A DNA stretch of 64,000 bases, taken from assembly GCA_002269645.1 (NCBI GenBank), contig NIVC01001974.1, positions 62,001-126,000 of the forward strand, read 5' to 3'. Position 1 is the first letter of the stretch. Each line of letters begins with the position of its first letter. The notes beneath the pieces were generated by a model, which ran no database searches, was not told the origin of the DNA, and saw only the letters and a list, made by a program, of their open reading frames with translations. Source of the DNA: Macrostomum lignano. Lineage: Eukaryota. Positions 12,240 through 23,700 of the stretch are shown one piece after another. A program made the position numbers and the translations under genes.

Positions 12240-12778
12240 GGAAGCAGATATCCCAGGAAATACAAAAGTCAGACATGTGTCTAAGGTGTCATTGCAAAGC
12301 TGAGACATGCGTCAAGAAATGGTAGAAGTTTCAAAGCAAATGATTGAAGCATAGAGATGGAGCGATAAATCAAAGTTTTGGTTGGTCCTGGTAAGGATGA
12401 TGAATGACTCGCAGAAAGCACACTTTGGAGGCAGATATCCCAGGAAATACAAAAGTCAGACATGTGTCTAAGGTGTCATTGCAAAGTTAAGACATGCGTC
12501 AGAAACTGACAAAAAATTAATTGCTACCGTTACTTGATAAGTTCTTTGGCGTGAGAATTTTTTTGTAAGGAATGTGTGATAAAATTTGTTTTGACACACT
12601 TTGTATTTGTACCAATATTTTTTTCTTCAAGACATTAAATTTTTGTCTACAAAATTTTAAAGCTGAATATGGCATCAGAGTAAGCAATGCATCCCGAAAC
12701 ATAAATTCATTTTTTGTTTGAATTATCTGTTTGAAGGAGAAAATATCTGTTGCGAATATCTGTCGGGGAACCCTCACA
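12240..12778 (-). repeat. Right TIR of the outer element
   Basis: Reverse complement of 789-1327; ORFs 12281..12463 and 12517..12786 mirror 1104..1286 and 865..1050. Confidence 0.9.
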
Positions 12779-14540
12779 TAAATCATAGGCCTAATTGTTT
12801 AAATTTTAGTATTTAATTAATATTAATATACATTTATTATCATCCAATATTCTATTGAATAGGACTCAATCTTTTCTGTTTCTCATTATATTACATTTTG
12901 ATCTTAGCAGTAGGTTAGGTTTTTTAGATAAAAAGTTATACCAAAAATTATGGCAAAAAATTAAAATTTCAAATATAGTAGAAGTAAAAAACTAGTTCCT
13001 TACCGGTTGACATGCTTTTGTTACAACTGCGGGTCCTAATACATGAAGGAAGTTTAGACTAAGAGTAACAAATAAAAAGATTTGAGTTTGAGCCTTCAGC
13101 TTCACACCTTCCATTGTTTGTTTACAAAAGATTTTCTGCCTCAGTATTTAAACAGTCTTTGAAAAAAATATTGAAAAGTAAACTGAAGGCGTATTTAATA
13201 TAGCCTCAAGCAAAGCCAGAACTTAGCTTAGTTGTTCACGGAGGCTTAGTTAAGCCTCTTAAGGTAAGGATAGGCCTAGACGGCTAGCTAGACCTAGTAG
13301 GCCCACTACAATTGAATTGTATAAAAATATTAAAAAGGAGCGAAATGAAAGGATTAGAATGATCGCAGTAACAAAATTTCTATAACCTGTAAATGGCTTC
13401 TGTAAATTATATTTTCTTCATACACAGTGCAGTTGCTCAATGCTACTCTCCACTTAATTAGGTACTTTTACTAAGCAACGTGTCCCCTAAATTTTCTTCG
13501 AAACAAAAGCAAAAGCAAGACATCGCTTCAAGGTTTGCTTGCCAAAACTAACAAACTCTGATGAAACTACAAAGTAGTTACGTACTAATTAGTACTACTG
13601 ATGAAAAAAATTCAAACATATTTAATTAAAAATGGTAAATTATAAAATTACTTATTATTTCTCAGATTTGACTTCCGACAATGAAGCATTAAGCCAAGAT
13701 TCACATTACCAATTCCAGAACCAGAATCGGTTCCGATCTTCCAAGAAAAACAGTAGTAGAACTATTTAACTCTGTTAATATTTGACTGCCTTAACAGCCT
13801 CACTTTGCACAATTTTTCACTTTCTTCTTGGCGACATTCATTCAATAATTAAGAGTTTATAACAAGTATAATCCCACTAGTTAAGGAGACAAAAAGTTAA
13901 ACTTTACAAATTGGTTCTGGTTCTAGAACCAGAAAAAGGAATATGAAGAGCCTCATTGTAAACTCCAGTACTTTGGCTTACGTCAGAAACTACTGCAGCT
14001 GAACTCTAGGTTTCTGGTGAAAAGCGCTACTATAACTCGTTAGACTATATTTAACCGAGTTCAGCACCACTTACTGGTATGGTCCGGCTTAATGTCTGCA
14101 ACAAAATCTAGCTTTACTGTTTATGGAGTTGCATTAGACCGCAACTACTGGAACAGTCTGGAACATAGCAAGCACTGGAACATAATTATGATTCTTTGCA
14201 TGACGGCTGCAACCCTGCAAGCAAAAATACAATGCTTGCTATTTTAGTGTATGTGAGGTATTCTATACTGGTGGAACTACTCATTGGCAAATTTAATATG
14301 CAGGTTGGCAGGTATCTTAAACTTTATTAAGACTTTGCTTGAGTCGAGCTGGATTAAGTTTGGAATTCACACTGGCTATCATGAAGTTGCTTCTTAGAGA
14401 TACTGCAGACTAGGAGTATGATTTGAAATAATTAAATGAAAACAAAGCTCGCAAGCAATCAACATTTTTTATTCCATGCTTCTGTGCTTCCACGGATGCC
14501 AAGCCGTAAACGCCATGTTTAATATATTTGGATCTAACGC

Positions 14541-14546
14541 TTTATT
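14541..14546 (-). terminator. Putative polyadenylation signal of RPS28
   Basis: AATAAA on the minus strand about 95 nt past the stop; a second one near 14466-14471. Confidence 0.4.
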
Positions 14547-14639
14547 TTATGGCTATGAATCCAACCAACGTAAAACAGCGCATTCGCGAAAGTTGAATAT
14601 TCAATAATTATAGTTAGCATGGAGTACTATTAGCATCCG

Positions 14640-14846
14640 TCAACGCAACCGACGCGCCTCCCGCTCAGACTCTAACAGAGTGAGAATATCGCCCTCGCGT
14701 ACTGGGCCCTTCACGTTGCGAATAATTGATCGACTGCTCTCGTCGATAAATTCAACGCGAACCTGGGTGCACTGGCCTTGGGATCCGGTTCGACCAACCA
14801 CCTTGGTGACGCGGGCAAGACGAGGCTGTCCGGTCTTTGAGTCCAT
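14640..14846 (-). CDS. RPS28: 40S ribosomal protein S28 (eS28), 68 aa, intronless CDS
   Basis: [68 protein letters not shown] is near-canonical eS28. The likely start is the second Met (14846). Confidence 0.97.
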   Translation of the reverse strand: MDSKTGQPRLARVTKVVGRTGSQGQCTQVRVEFIDESSRSIIRNVKGPVREGDILTLLESEREARRLR

Positions 14847-15084
14847 TGTTATTTGAGCATGCATAAAATTTTAAATATTTTCGTTAGAAACGTTTAATGA
14901 CAAAATTTACGCAAATATTGAAAATTGAATAGACAAGGTGTAAAATTAGTCCTTGCTAACAGAAAATAATGAGTAACATACGATTCCTATAAAGAAAAAT
15001 TGCTTAAATTGCAAAATTGCTTAAATCAAACTTATGAATATATAAATATAAATACAAAAATCGATTCAAAGTAGATAAGTAGTA

Positions 15085-15405
15085 GTAGACTCAGTAGACA
15101 GATGGTAGACTCAGAGTAGATAATTGGTAGGCCCAGAGTAGCGATAATTAATAGATTTCGAGTAGATAAATGGTAGACCCAGAGTATATAATTGGTTGCC
15201 TCAGAGTAGATAACTGGAAGATTCGAAGTAGATAATTGGTAGGCTCAAAGTCAGATAATTGGTAGGCTCAGTAGATAATTAATAGGCTCAGAGTAGATAA
15301 TTGGTTGCCTCAGGGTAGATAACTGGTAGATTCAACGTAGATAAATTGGTAGATTCAACGTAGATAAATTGGTAGATTCAACGTAGATAAATTGGTAGAT
15401 TTTAA
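15085..15405 (+). repeat. Degenerate ~21-bp tandem repeat (GTAGATAATTGGTAGGCTCA-like)
   Basis: Recurrent agtagataattggtag motif. Confidence 0.7.
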
Positions 15406-16350
15406 GCAGATGAATGGAAGCCAAAGGTTAGGCTGAGATAAGTGGATGGAAGCTAAATAAAATGAAGGAAGAGAATGATTACAGCTAAATACAGGGCATC
15501 TAAAGACAACCTGTAGAAGCCTATACAAAAATGTAAATGAATACCGCAAAAAAACTGTTTTTCTATCATTCTCTTATCCAAAATAGGGGCACACAATGCC
15601 ATGGTGCCAATTGAATTACAGCAAAAAGCTGTAATTAATTATCAATTTACTTGTAGCAGACTTGTACCATGCTGCACTCGGGGACAATGAGTTGGTTTAT
15701 TGTTGCAATTTTATTAATATTAATTATAAGGCTGATCATACAATTAGAGATGGCCACAAAAATGTCGCGAAACTGCAACTTTAAAAGACAATAAATTTGG
15801 AGACAATTTCAAAAGTGCAATACTCGTAAAACTGCTGTCAACACACGCCAGTCATCAGCAACCTTAATAGTAGTTTTTTGCGAAGTTTCAATATCGCCAG
15901 CAAATATTTTTGCAGTTTAATTTGACGCACAAATTAAAGAATTCCCAACAAAATATTGAATGAAATGCGATGGTTAAATATTAGTTTGGAGAGAACAAAC
16001 GAAAAAAACAGACAAAAAATAACAAATTTTAGCTGGGAATCGTTACGAGACTAGTATTGTTGGGAACTTGTTACGCCGAAAAAATGTGAGTTTTGTTAAG
16101 AATAGAAAGTGTCAAATTAGCTCGTAATTAAGAGGTTTTATTATTTAAAAAGCGTATGCAAACATGAGCCCCTCACCTCCCGTTCTCGAACCCAATAAGC
16201 GTTAAAACAAGCAGAAAAAACTACTGACAGAAAAATGCGGACGAAGTCGAAACTGCGCAAAACTAACTAACCAAGCTTATGACGACTCCGCTTTTTTACC
16301 GAGGCTTTCCTTTGCGGCTAAAAATTATTAGTCTAAAATTGACGTCACTG

Positions 16351-19300
16351 TTAAGCCTTCAGCGCTTGTTTCTTCTGTTGCAGCTTAGCTTTCTTATTCT
16401 TGTTCTTATTCTTCTTTTTGTTATTAGTAGTAGCTGGCTGTGACTGCTGCTTAGGGGCGGCAGGAGCGGCAGGCTGATTAGATGGTTTCTTTGGCAGAGA
16501 CGGCTGCTGCTCCGGCTTCTGTTTTACGCCAGCAACGTCGCCATTGGCATCGGCGGCCAATTTTCGCTGTTTCCTCTCGGCGGCCAGCTGATTCTTATAG
16601 CTGGCCGATCGGCCAAACGCTACGCGCAGCTTGCAGCCTCGCACAGCGGCACCCTGGGCGGATTTCAAAGCTTTCAAAGCGTCGGCAGGCTGTGCGTATT
16701 CAGCGAACGCAAAGCCAGCCGTTGACTTGTCGCGCAGGGTTGGCACTTTAACACTAGTCGCGTTCGGGAACAGAGCGGCCACCTCCTCTTTAGTGGCGTC
16801 CTTGGCAACATTAGTAATAAATAGTTGGCGCGTATTCAAAGTGGCCACATCAACGCTGCCAGTTTGTGCCATTTTGGCTACCAATTCGGACCCGTTGAAC
16901 ATTTTGCCATTGAGCATATTCACCCATTTGGCGGCCGTGGTCGAGTCTTTGTATTGAAGGAAAGCGTAGCTCCGATTTTCCGATTTATTCTTCGGATTGC
17001 AAGGAATTCGAGAGGATACAATCTCTTTAGATAGCTCTTTTAGCATAGCCTGGGTGCAGCCCTTCGGAATCGGGGTGATGAACACAGTGCAGTTAAGCGA
17101 CTCAGTCATTAGACGCTTGATTTCTTCTACAACATCCGGCGGTCCCGGGTCCGACTCAGCGACGACAGAAGTGGCTGGTTGCTTTTTCTGCTTGTTGGCG
17201 GCTTGAGTAGAAGCTTCTTCGGCTGGACGCTTTTGGCCGCGCTGCTGTTCTTGCTGTTGTTGCTTTTGCTGCTGCTTGGCAGAAGCGTCAGTCTTTGCTA
17301 GCTTAGCAGGTGGCGCAGCCTCTTCCTCATCATCGTCGTCGACGTCTTCATCATCGTCATCATCATCTTCTTCGCTGTCGCTCTCAGCTGGACGCTTCAT
17401 GCGCGACAAAACTAGCGGCTCCAGCTTCTGTTGACCAGAATGTTGACCAAAAATGTCCAAAAGGGCAGCTGGCTCTTCTTCGTCGTCGTCTTCATCATCG
17501 TCATCATCATCTTCTTCGCTGTCGCTCTCAGCTGGACGCTTCATGCGCGACAAAACTAGCGGCTCCAGCTTCTGTTGACCAGAATGTTGACCAAAAATGT
17601 CCAAAAGGGCAGCTGGCTCTTCTTCGTCGTCGTCTTCATCATCTTCCTCATCGTCCGAGGAGCCTGCGTCGGCCAGCAGCTTGGCAATTGATTCTTCGTT
17701 GACATCCTCGTCTAGTTCGTCGTCATCTAGATTCTCTTCGTCTTCGTCGTCTTCTTCCTCCTCGTCGTCGTCGTCATCATCGTCGTCCAGATCGTCGTCT
17801 TCGTCGCTGTTCTCTTCCAGCTTGCGCTTGGCCTGAGGGCGAGAAGAAATATTAGCACTCTTGAAAAAATGGGATGGAAACAACCAGAAATGCATCGAAA
17901 AATTGTAAGAGCAGAACTCACCGGCAGTTTGACAAGCTGTCCAGCGGGTGATTTATTACTGCCAGCTGTTCCTGCGGCGGCGGGCGACTTAGCAGCGGCA
18001 GCAACGGCGGTAGCTGGCGACTTAGCTGAAGCGGCAACAGCCGGTTTCTTTAAAGGCGGCGGAGCTTCTTCGTCATTGTCATCGTCGTCTTCTTCATCGT
18101 CCTCATCGTCTTCGTCGGAGCCGGCAGCGGCTAGCATCTTCTCGATCTTGTCCATGTCCATCTCCTCTTCATCGTCATCATCGTCGTCGTCCTCTTCGTC
18201 CTCATCCAAATCTTCGTCGTCATCATCATCATCGTCTTCCTGTTCGACCTTCGCAGCCGGTTTCGCCGCGGCGGCTGGCTGGAATAAAATAGGGATTAGG
18301 CTACTGAGATTGTGAGATGGGGAATAAGCTACTGAGATTGTGAAATGGGGAATAAGCTACTGAGATTGTGAAATGGGGAATAAGCTACTGAGATTGTGAG
18401 ATGGGGAATAAGCTACTGACATTGTGAGATGGGGAATAAGCTACTGACATTGAGAGATAAGGAATAAGCTACTGACATTGTGAGATAAGGAATAAGCTAC
18501 TGACATTGTGAGATAAGGAATAAGCTACTGACATTGTGAGATAAGGAATAAGCTACTGACATTGTGAGATAAGGAATAAGCTACTGACATTGTGAGATAA
18601 GGAATAAGCTACTGACATTCTGAGATGGGGAATAAGCTACTGACATTTTGAGATGGGTAATAAGTTACTGACATTTTGAGATGGGGAATAAGCTACTGAC
18701 ATTGTGAGATGGGGAATAAGTTACTGAGATTGTGAGATGGGGAATAAGCTACTGAGATTGTGAGATGGGGAATAAGCTACTGACATTGTGAGATGGGGAA
18801 TAAGCTACTGAGATTGTGAGATGGGGAATAAGCTACTGACATTGTGAGATGGGGAATAAGTTACTGAGATTGTGAGATGGGGAATAAGCTACTGAGATTG
18901 TGAGATGGGGAATAAGCTACTGACATTGTGAGATGGGGAATAAGCTACTGAGATTGTGAGATGGGGAATAAGCTACTGACATTTTGAGATGGGTAATAAG
19001 TTACTGACATTGTGAGATGGGGAATAAGCTACTGACATTTTGAGATGGGTAATAAGTTACTGACATTGTGAGATGGGGAATAAGCTACTGAGATTGTGAG
19101 ATGGGGAATAAGCTACTAACATTGTGAGATGGGGAATAAGCTACTGAGATTGTGAGATGGGGAATAAGCTACTGACATTTTGAGATGGGTAATAAGTTAC
19201 TGACATTGTGAGATGGGGAATAAGCTACTGACATTTTGAGATGGGTAATAAGTTACTGACATTGTGAGATGGGGAATAAGCTACTGACATTTTGAGATGG

Positions 19301-21560
19301 GTAATAAGTTACTGACATTGTGAGATGGGTAATAAGCTACGGACATTGTGAGATGGGTAATAAGTTACTGACATTGTGAGATGGGGAATAAGCTACGGAC
19401 ATTGTGAGATGGGCAATAAACTGACAAAGATTAGATGACGTAGACAAAACCCTAAATAATGCCAATGCACGCAAATGTCGAGTCAACGAGACAAAACCTA
19501 CTAAGCGCTAAAAGAAACGCAAAGTTGAATATCTCGTACTAATTTAAGACACGACGAGCTGCGTTGATAGGCAATATTCTGTGCCGCTACGAAAACCGAC
19601 GCGTTACCTGATTTTTTTTCAACTGAACGGACGGTGAGCAATGAGCGGCATTTGGTTTAGTTTCTTTTAACAGACTCAATAGGATTCTTAGGGGCTGTAG
19701 CCGCGTGGTCTAGTGCGGCGCTCTGATGTGCAAGAGGTCCAGGCTCGATTCCAAGTGCAGTCACATTAATTTGGGGCTAAATTCTCGTAAGGCACAGTGA
19801 AGTGTACATGCCGAACGATAAATAAAGTTAGGGGAGTTGTACACTCCTGTGTGAGTGTGTGCCTGTGCGTGTGACTGTGTTCGGATTCGCGCGCTTATGC
19901 GCCTGCTCAGGGGAGTCGGCGAAATGGGCAGTAATGCCTCTCGCCGGTTGTATGACAATGTCGCTTAAAGTGCGCTAGAGTGCACACAACCCCTGCCTCT
20001 AATAATAAAAACAGGCTCGTATAACTACTTTTAGTAATATTCATTAAAAATAAGTTGGGTAAGATGCAAAATGAAAAAAAAGATTTAAAGACTCAGATTG
20101 AACTACTTAGCAAGTAACAAGCAAAGCTGATATTAGACAATGAATTAAAACACTTACCGATTTTCCTGCCGGAGATTTGGCAGCCGAAGCAGGAGCAGTC
20201 TGCTTCTGCTGTTTCTGCAGCTGCTTGAGCTTGCCCATCAGTTCCGGACTCAAATCGTCATCATCCTCGTCTTCTTCATCGTCATCTTCGTCTCCGCCTT
20301 CTTCATCGTCGCCGCTGCTGAACTCCAATTCGCTGTCGTCTTCTCCTTCCATGCCTTCTTCGTCCTCGTCCTCGTCTTCCTCGTCATCATCGTCATCGCC
20401 ACCAGACGATGGCTTCTGTTGCGGCCTGTTGCCACCCTATTAGGTGATTAAATAAAGCAGGTTGATATTAGAACATTTTCTGGCGTCTAGAAACAACAGA
20501 CATTGCAGATTTGAAATCTATCTACGACAGGGGTCGGCAAACTCCGGCCCGCGGACTACTCACGAATCGCTAAGCCTCTCTATCCGGCCGGCTCAAAGCT
20601 TGCGTCTCTTCTCACCTCTTTCCATCTAGTAATCTCTCCTCTCCTGTCCTTCCCCTCTCATCTCTCTTCTGGTTCGTCGCTCCTGTATTTTACTTTCCTT
20701 CGCCTCTCTTTCCTCTATCCTTTCTATTCCCTCTGGCCATTCAAAGATGTGAATGGACCCTCTGGCCATCCCTATCTCTACTCCTCTGGCCCGCAGTCAT
20801 GCACTAGATTCTCTATCTAATTGAGGTAAAAAAAGTTTGGCGACCCCTGATCCAGGAGAACATAAGGGAAGATCTTAAGACAGTTAAAAAACTGAGAGTT
20901 AAGATCTTGCGTCGCCCTACAATTGCTGTCTGTAACACAGGGAAAAATAGGAGAGAAGTGACTCTAAACCGACTTCAAGTCACAAGAGTCGCTATAGTCA
21001 CTAATTGGCAGTTTGCAATAATTCTTTTACCGATTCAAAAGGGATACAACGATAATATCTGATTTTTAGTTGTAGAAGATTATTAATTGTTCATGTAATT
21101 ATCTGCGCACCTGAAATCCGCCACCGCGCTTAAAAGCACTGGCGCTGCCACGATTGCCGTTGAAGCCGCCGCCTCTTCTAGCTACCTGCTGCTTGCGGTC
21201 GCCAGCTTTAACGCCTTTGAACGGCTGAATCTGGGCGAATGGCTTCTTGTCGCCGGGCGTGGCCGGACTGCGGGATTGATCCTTTTGAAAGTAGCGACCG
21301 CCGCCGCCGCCGCGGTTGCCAGGGCTGCCTCGACCGCCGCGGTTGCCGGGGCTGCCACGACCGCCGCGGTTGCCAGGGCTGCCACGACCGCCGCGGTTGC
21401 CGGGGCTGCCACGACCGCCGCGGTTGCCAGGGCTGCCACGACCGCCGCGGTGTCCCGGGCTGGAACTGAATCGGCCGCCGCCGCCACCACCTCGGTTTCC
21501 GCCCCTGCCACCGCCCCCTCTGTTTCCGCCTCTGCCTCTATTGAAATTGCCTCGCATCAT
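16351..21560 (-). CDS. Nucleolin-like protein (~855 aa): N-terminal RGG repeats, acidic tracts, two RRMs, Lys-rich tail
   Basis: Exons 21560-21111, 20436-20158, 18278-17922, 17832-16351; all phase 0, GT-AG, with CTAAT branch motifs. RRM motifs TVFITPIP / RSYAFLQY and QLFITNV / AGFAFAEY; KSPA repeats. An alternative exon-1 donor at 21185 is possible. Confidence 0.85.
17344..17641 (-). repeat. 144-bp (48-aa) perfect in-frame tandem duplication in the last exon of the nucleolin-like gene
   Basis: EEEPAALLDIFGQHSGQQKLEPLVLSRMKRPAESDSEEDDDDDDED occurs twice; units start at 17344 and 17488. Confidence 0.92.
18297..19420 (+). repeat. 28-bp intronic minisatellite (~40 copies)
   Basis: Unit GCTACTGA(G/C)ATTGTGAGATGGGGAATAA. 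Confidence 0.95.
19691..20010 (+). mobile_element. tRNA-derived SINE
   Basis: Head GGGGCTGTAGCCGCGTGGTCTAG (A box) ... GGCTCGATTCC (B box); body motif AAGGCACAGTGAAGTGTACATGCCGAAC; AAT-rich tail; homologous to 34960-35341. Confidence 0.85.
20528..20849. mobile_element. Non-autonomous hAT (Charlie/MER20-like) MITE, CAGGGG family
   Basis: TIR CAGGGGTCGGCAAACT / AGTTTGGCGACCCCTG (15/16); degenerate TSD ATCTACGA / ATCCAGGA; CT-rich interior; in intron 1 of the nucleolin-like gene. Confidence 0.85.
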
Positions 21561-22065
21561 GAAATATTGAAGGCTTTGAAAATTAATAGAAGTACAAATG
21601 CAGTGAACTAAGTGATATGTTCTAGTTCTGATGCAATATTGCAAGCAAGGCACCATCAATTTTAGTTTCTGGCACTCCAGTGATTTTTAAGCTTGAGAAT
21701 CTTTTAAGCAAAAAAACTATAAAAGAGCAAACAATTTCCTATCTCTCCTGTGGGTCATGATCCTAATTTTAGTGTGGGAGAAGGGGGCAGCCCATCTCTT
21801 GATCAATAGATCTGCTAGTGTATGCATTTAGTTTTTTGTTTTCTGTTAATTTTTCATACATGCGCAACTGCTGGCCGACCTGGCCGATCCGGCCACCGTA
21901 AATCGTGGCTGACCAGGGGTAAGTCGCAAAATTGAGTCAACCAAAAACAGAAAAACACAAGAACCAAGAAAGGCAAGAGGAAAGCGAAAGAAAGAGCAGT
22001 TCAGGGAAAATCGTGAAGCAAAAGAAAAACTATTCGCAAAAGAAGCAAACTAAGTTGTAAAAATA

Positions 22066-22790
22066 ATCAGGTAAGTCGCAAAAAGGATCAGGTAAGTCGC
22101 AAAAGAAGCAAACTAAGTCGCAAAAAGGATCAGGTAAGTCGCAAAAGGGTTAGGTAAGTCGCAAAAAGGATTAGGTAAGTCGCAAAAAGGATTAGGTAAG
22201 TCACAAAGGGTTAGGTAAGTCGCAAAAGGGTTAGGTAAGTCGCAAAAGGGTTAGGTAAGTCGCAAAAGGATCAGCTAAGTCGCAAAAAGGATTAGGTAAG
22301 TCGCAAAAGGGTTAGGTAAGTCGCAAAAAGGATTAGGTAAGTCGCAAAAAGGATCAGGTAAGTCGCAAAAAGGATTAGGTAAGTCGCAAAAAGGATCAGG
22401 TAAGTCGCAAAAAGGATTAGGTAAGTCGCAAAAAGGATAAGTAAGTCGCAAAAAGGATTAGGTAAGTCGCAAAAAGGATTAGGTAAGTCGCAAAAAGGAT
22501 TAGGTAAGTCGCAAAAAGGATCAGCTAAGTCGAAAAAAGGATTAAGTAAGTCGCAAAAAGGATTAGGTAAGTCGCAAAAAGGATTAGGTAAGTCACAAAG
22601 GGTTAGGTAAGTCGCAAAAGGATTAAGTAAGTCGCAAAAAGGATTAAGTAAGTCGCAAAAAGGATTAGGTAAGTCGTAAAAGGGTTAGGTAAGTCGCAAA
22701 AGGATTATGTAAGTTGCAAAAAGGATTAAGTAAGTCGCAAAAAGGATTAGGTAAGTCGCAAAAAGAAGCAACTAAGTCGCAATAAGAGGG
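22066..22790 (+). repeat. 21-22-bp minisatellite (AGGTAAGTCGCAAAAAGGATT)
   Basis: More than 30 tandem units inside the hAT element. Confidence 0.95.
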
Positions 22791-22940
22791 AAGTAAGTCA
22801 CAATCAGAGGCAATCAGGGGGTAGTAGGTGCAAGTGTGGCAGGAGAGCAAAAACAGAATAGAAGCCTTCAACCACAGACAAGATCTTTGAAATCAGAAGC
22901 CCGCGTCAACAGTTTCCCATTGATTTCCTAAACTCTGGAG

Positions 22941-23200
22941 CAGGGGTTGGCAAACTCCGGCTCGCGAAGCCCCTCTATCTGGCCCTCGCCCCTCGGGTTC
23001 TTTGAAACTTCCTAACTACGAGTAGCAAGGTTGGTGTCTCTTCAACTCTCATCTCTCTCTTCTTCTCTACCTTGCCTCCCCTCTTCTCTCTCTCCCCCTT
23101 TTCCCTCTTCTCTCTCCTCTCATTTTTACTCTCCTCTCTTCTCCCCCTTTCTCTCTACCCTTTCTCCTCAATGCCCTCTTCTCTCCTCTTATCTTCAGCA
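22941..23200. mobile_element. Partial CAGGGG-family hAT MITE (left end only)
   Basis: CAGGGGTTGGCAAACTCCGGCTCGCG followed by CT-rich sequence; no matching right TIR found. Confidence 0.65.
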
Positions 23201-23259
23201 AAAATATGTGCATATTTTCTTACTTCAAAGTAGAGGGAATAGAAGATTAGAGATAAGCA

Positions 23260-23700
23260 AACAGAGGAGAGGCGAGCGATGCGATGGGAGAAAAGATAGA
23301 AGAGGAGAGAAAAGCTGAGGGAGGAAAAAGAGATGAGAGAGAAGAGGAGATGAGAGGAAAGAGGAAAGAAAAGATGATGGATGAGATCAGAAGAGAGGAA
23401 AGAGGAGAGAGTAGATGAGAGAAGAGAGGATAAAGAGGAGATGAGAGGAGAGATGAGAGAGTAGAAAAGAGAGGAGAGATAAGATGAGAGAGTAGAGTGG
23501 AGAGAGACGAGAGGGAAGATAAGATGAGAGAGTAGAGTGGAATGGAGAGAGACGAGAGGAGAGATAAGAATGTAGAGAGGAGACAGAAGAGATGGGAGAG
23601 GAGAGGAAAGAGAGGAGAGAGGAGAGGAAAGAGAGAAGGGATAAGGGATGAGAGAGAAAAGAAAAAGAGGATGAGAAGATTGAGGAATGGAGAGAATTTG
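23260..23700 (+). repeat. GA-rich low-complexity tract
   Basis: Almost purely A/G; the overlapping S/L-rich ORFs are artefacts. Confidence 0.9.

Larger units (their letters stand above)
789..12778 (+). mobile_element. Foldback/Mutator(NOF/Phantom)-like DNA transposon, internally deleted, carrying nested insertions
   Basis: Long terminal inverted repeats: TGTGAGGGTTCCCTGACAG... at 789 and ...CTGTCGGGGAACCCTCACA ending at 12778, about 540 bp of homology. Flanks share direct repeats: TAAA (785-788 / 12779-12782) with TGT..ACA ends, or TAAATCATA (778-786 / 12779-12787) if two extra bases are allowed on the left. The interior encodes a transposase-like fragment plus Ulp1 and PHD domains. Superfamily assignment is from recalled motif similarity, not a search. 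Confidence 0.8.

Noticed and set aside
13480-13770. Exon-like stretch after TTTCTCAG (~13665)
   Set aside because: Short, no recognisable domain, no consistent upstream exon.
19608-19670. Possible extra small exon in nucleolin-like intron 2 (CAG|GTAACG donor)
   Set aside because: No phase-compatible acceptor; exons 2 and 3 already join in frame (KS|PAAA).
19691-19765. Possible tRNA gene (also 35270-35341)
   Set aside because: A and B boxes are present, but there is no acceptor-stem pairing or T-run terminator and the sequence continues into a shared SINE body.
19430-21110. Intronic snoRNAs, as hosted by vertebrate nucleolin
   Set aside because: No convincing C/D (RTGATGA..CTGA) or H/ACA layout visible by eye on the sense strand; a snoscan/Infernal search is needed.
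17310-21611. Plus-strand Ser-rich, His-rich and Ala-rich ORFs
   Set aside because: Antisense shadows of the acidic and RGG exons of the nucleolin-like gene.
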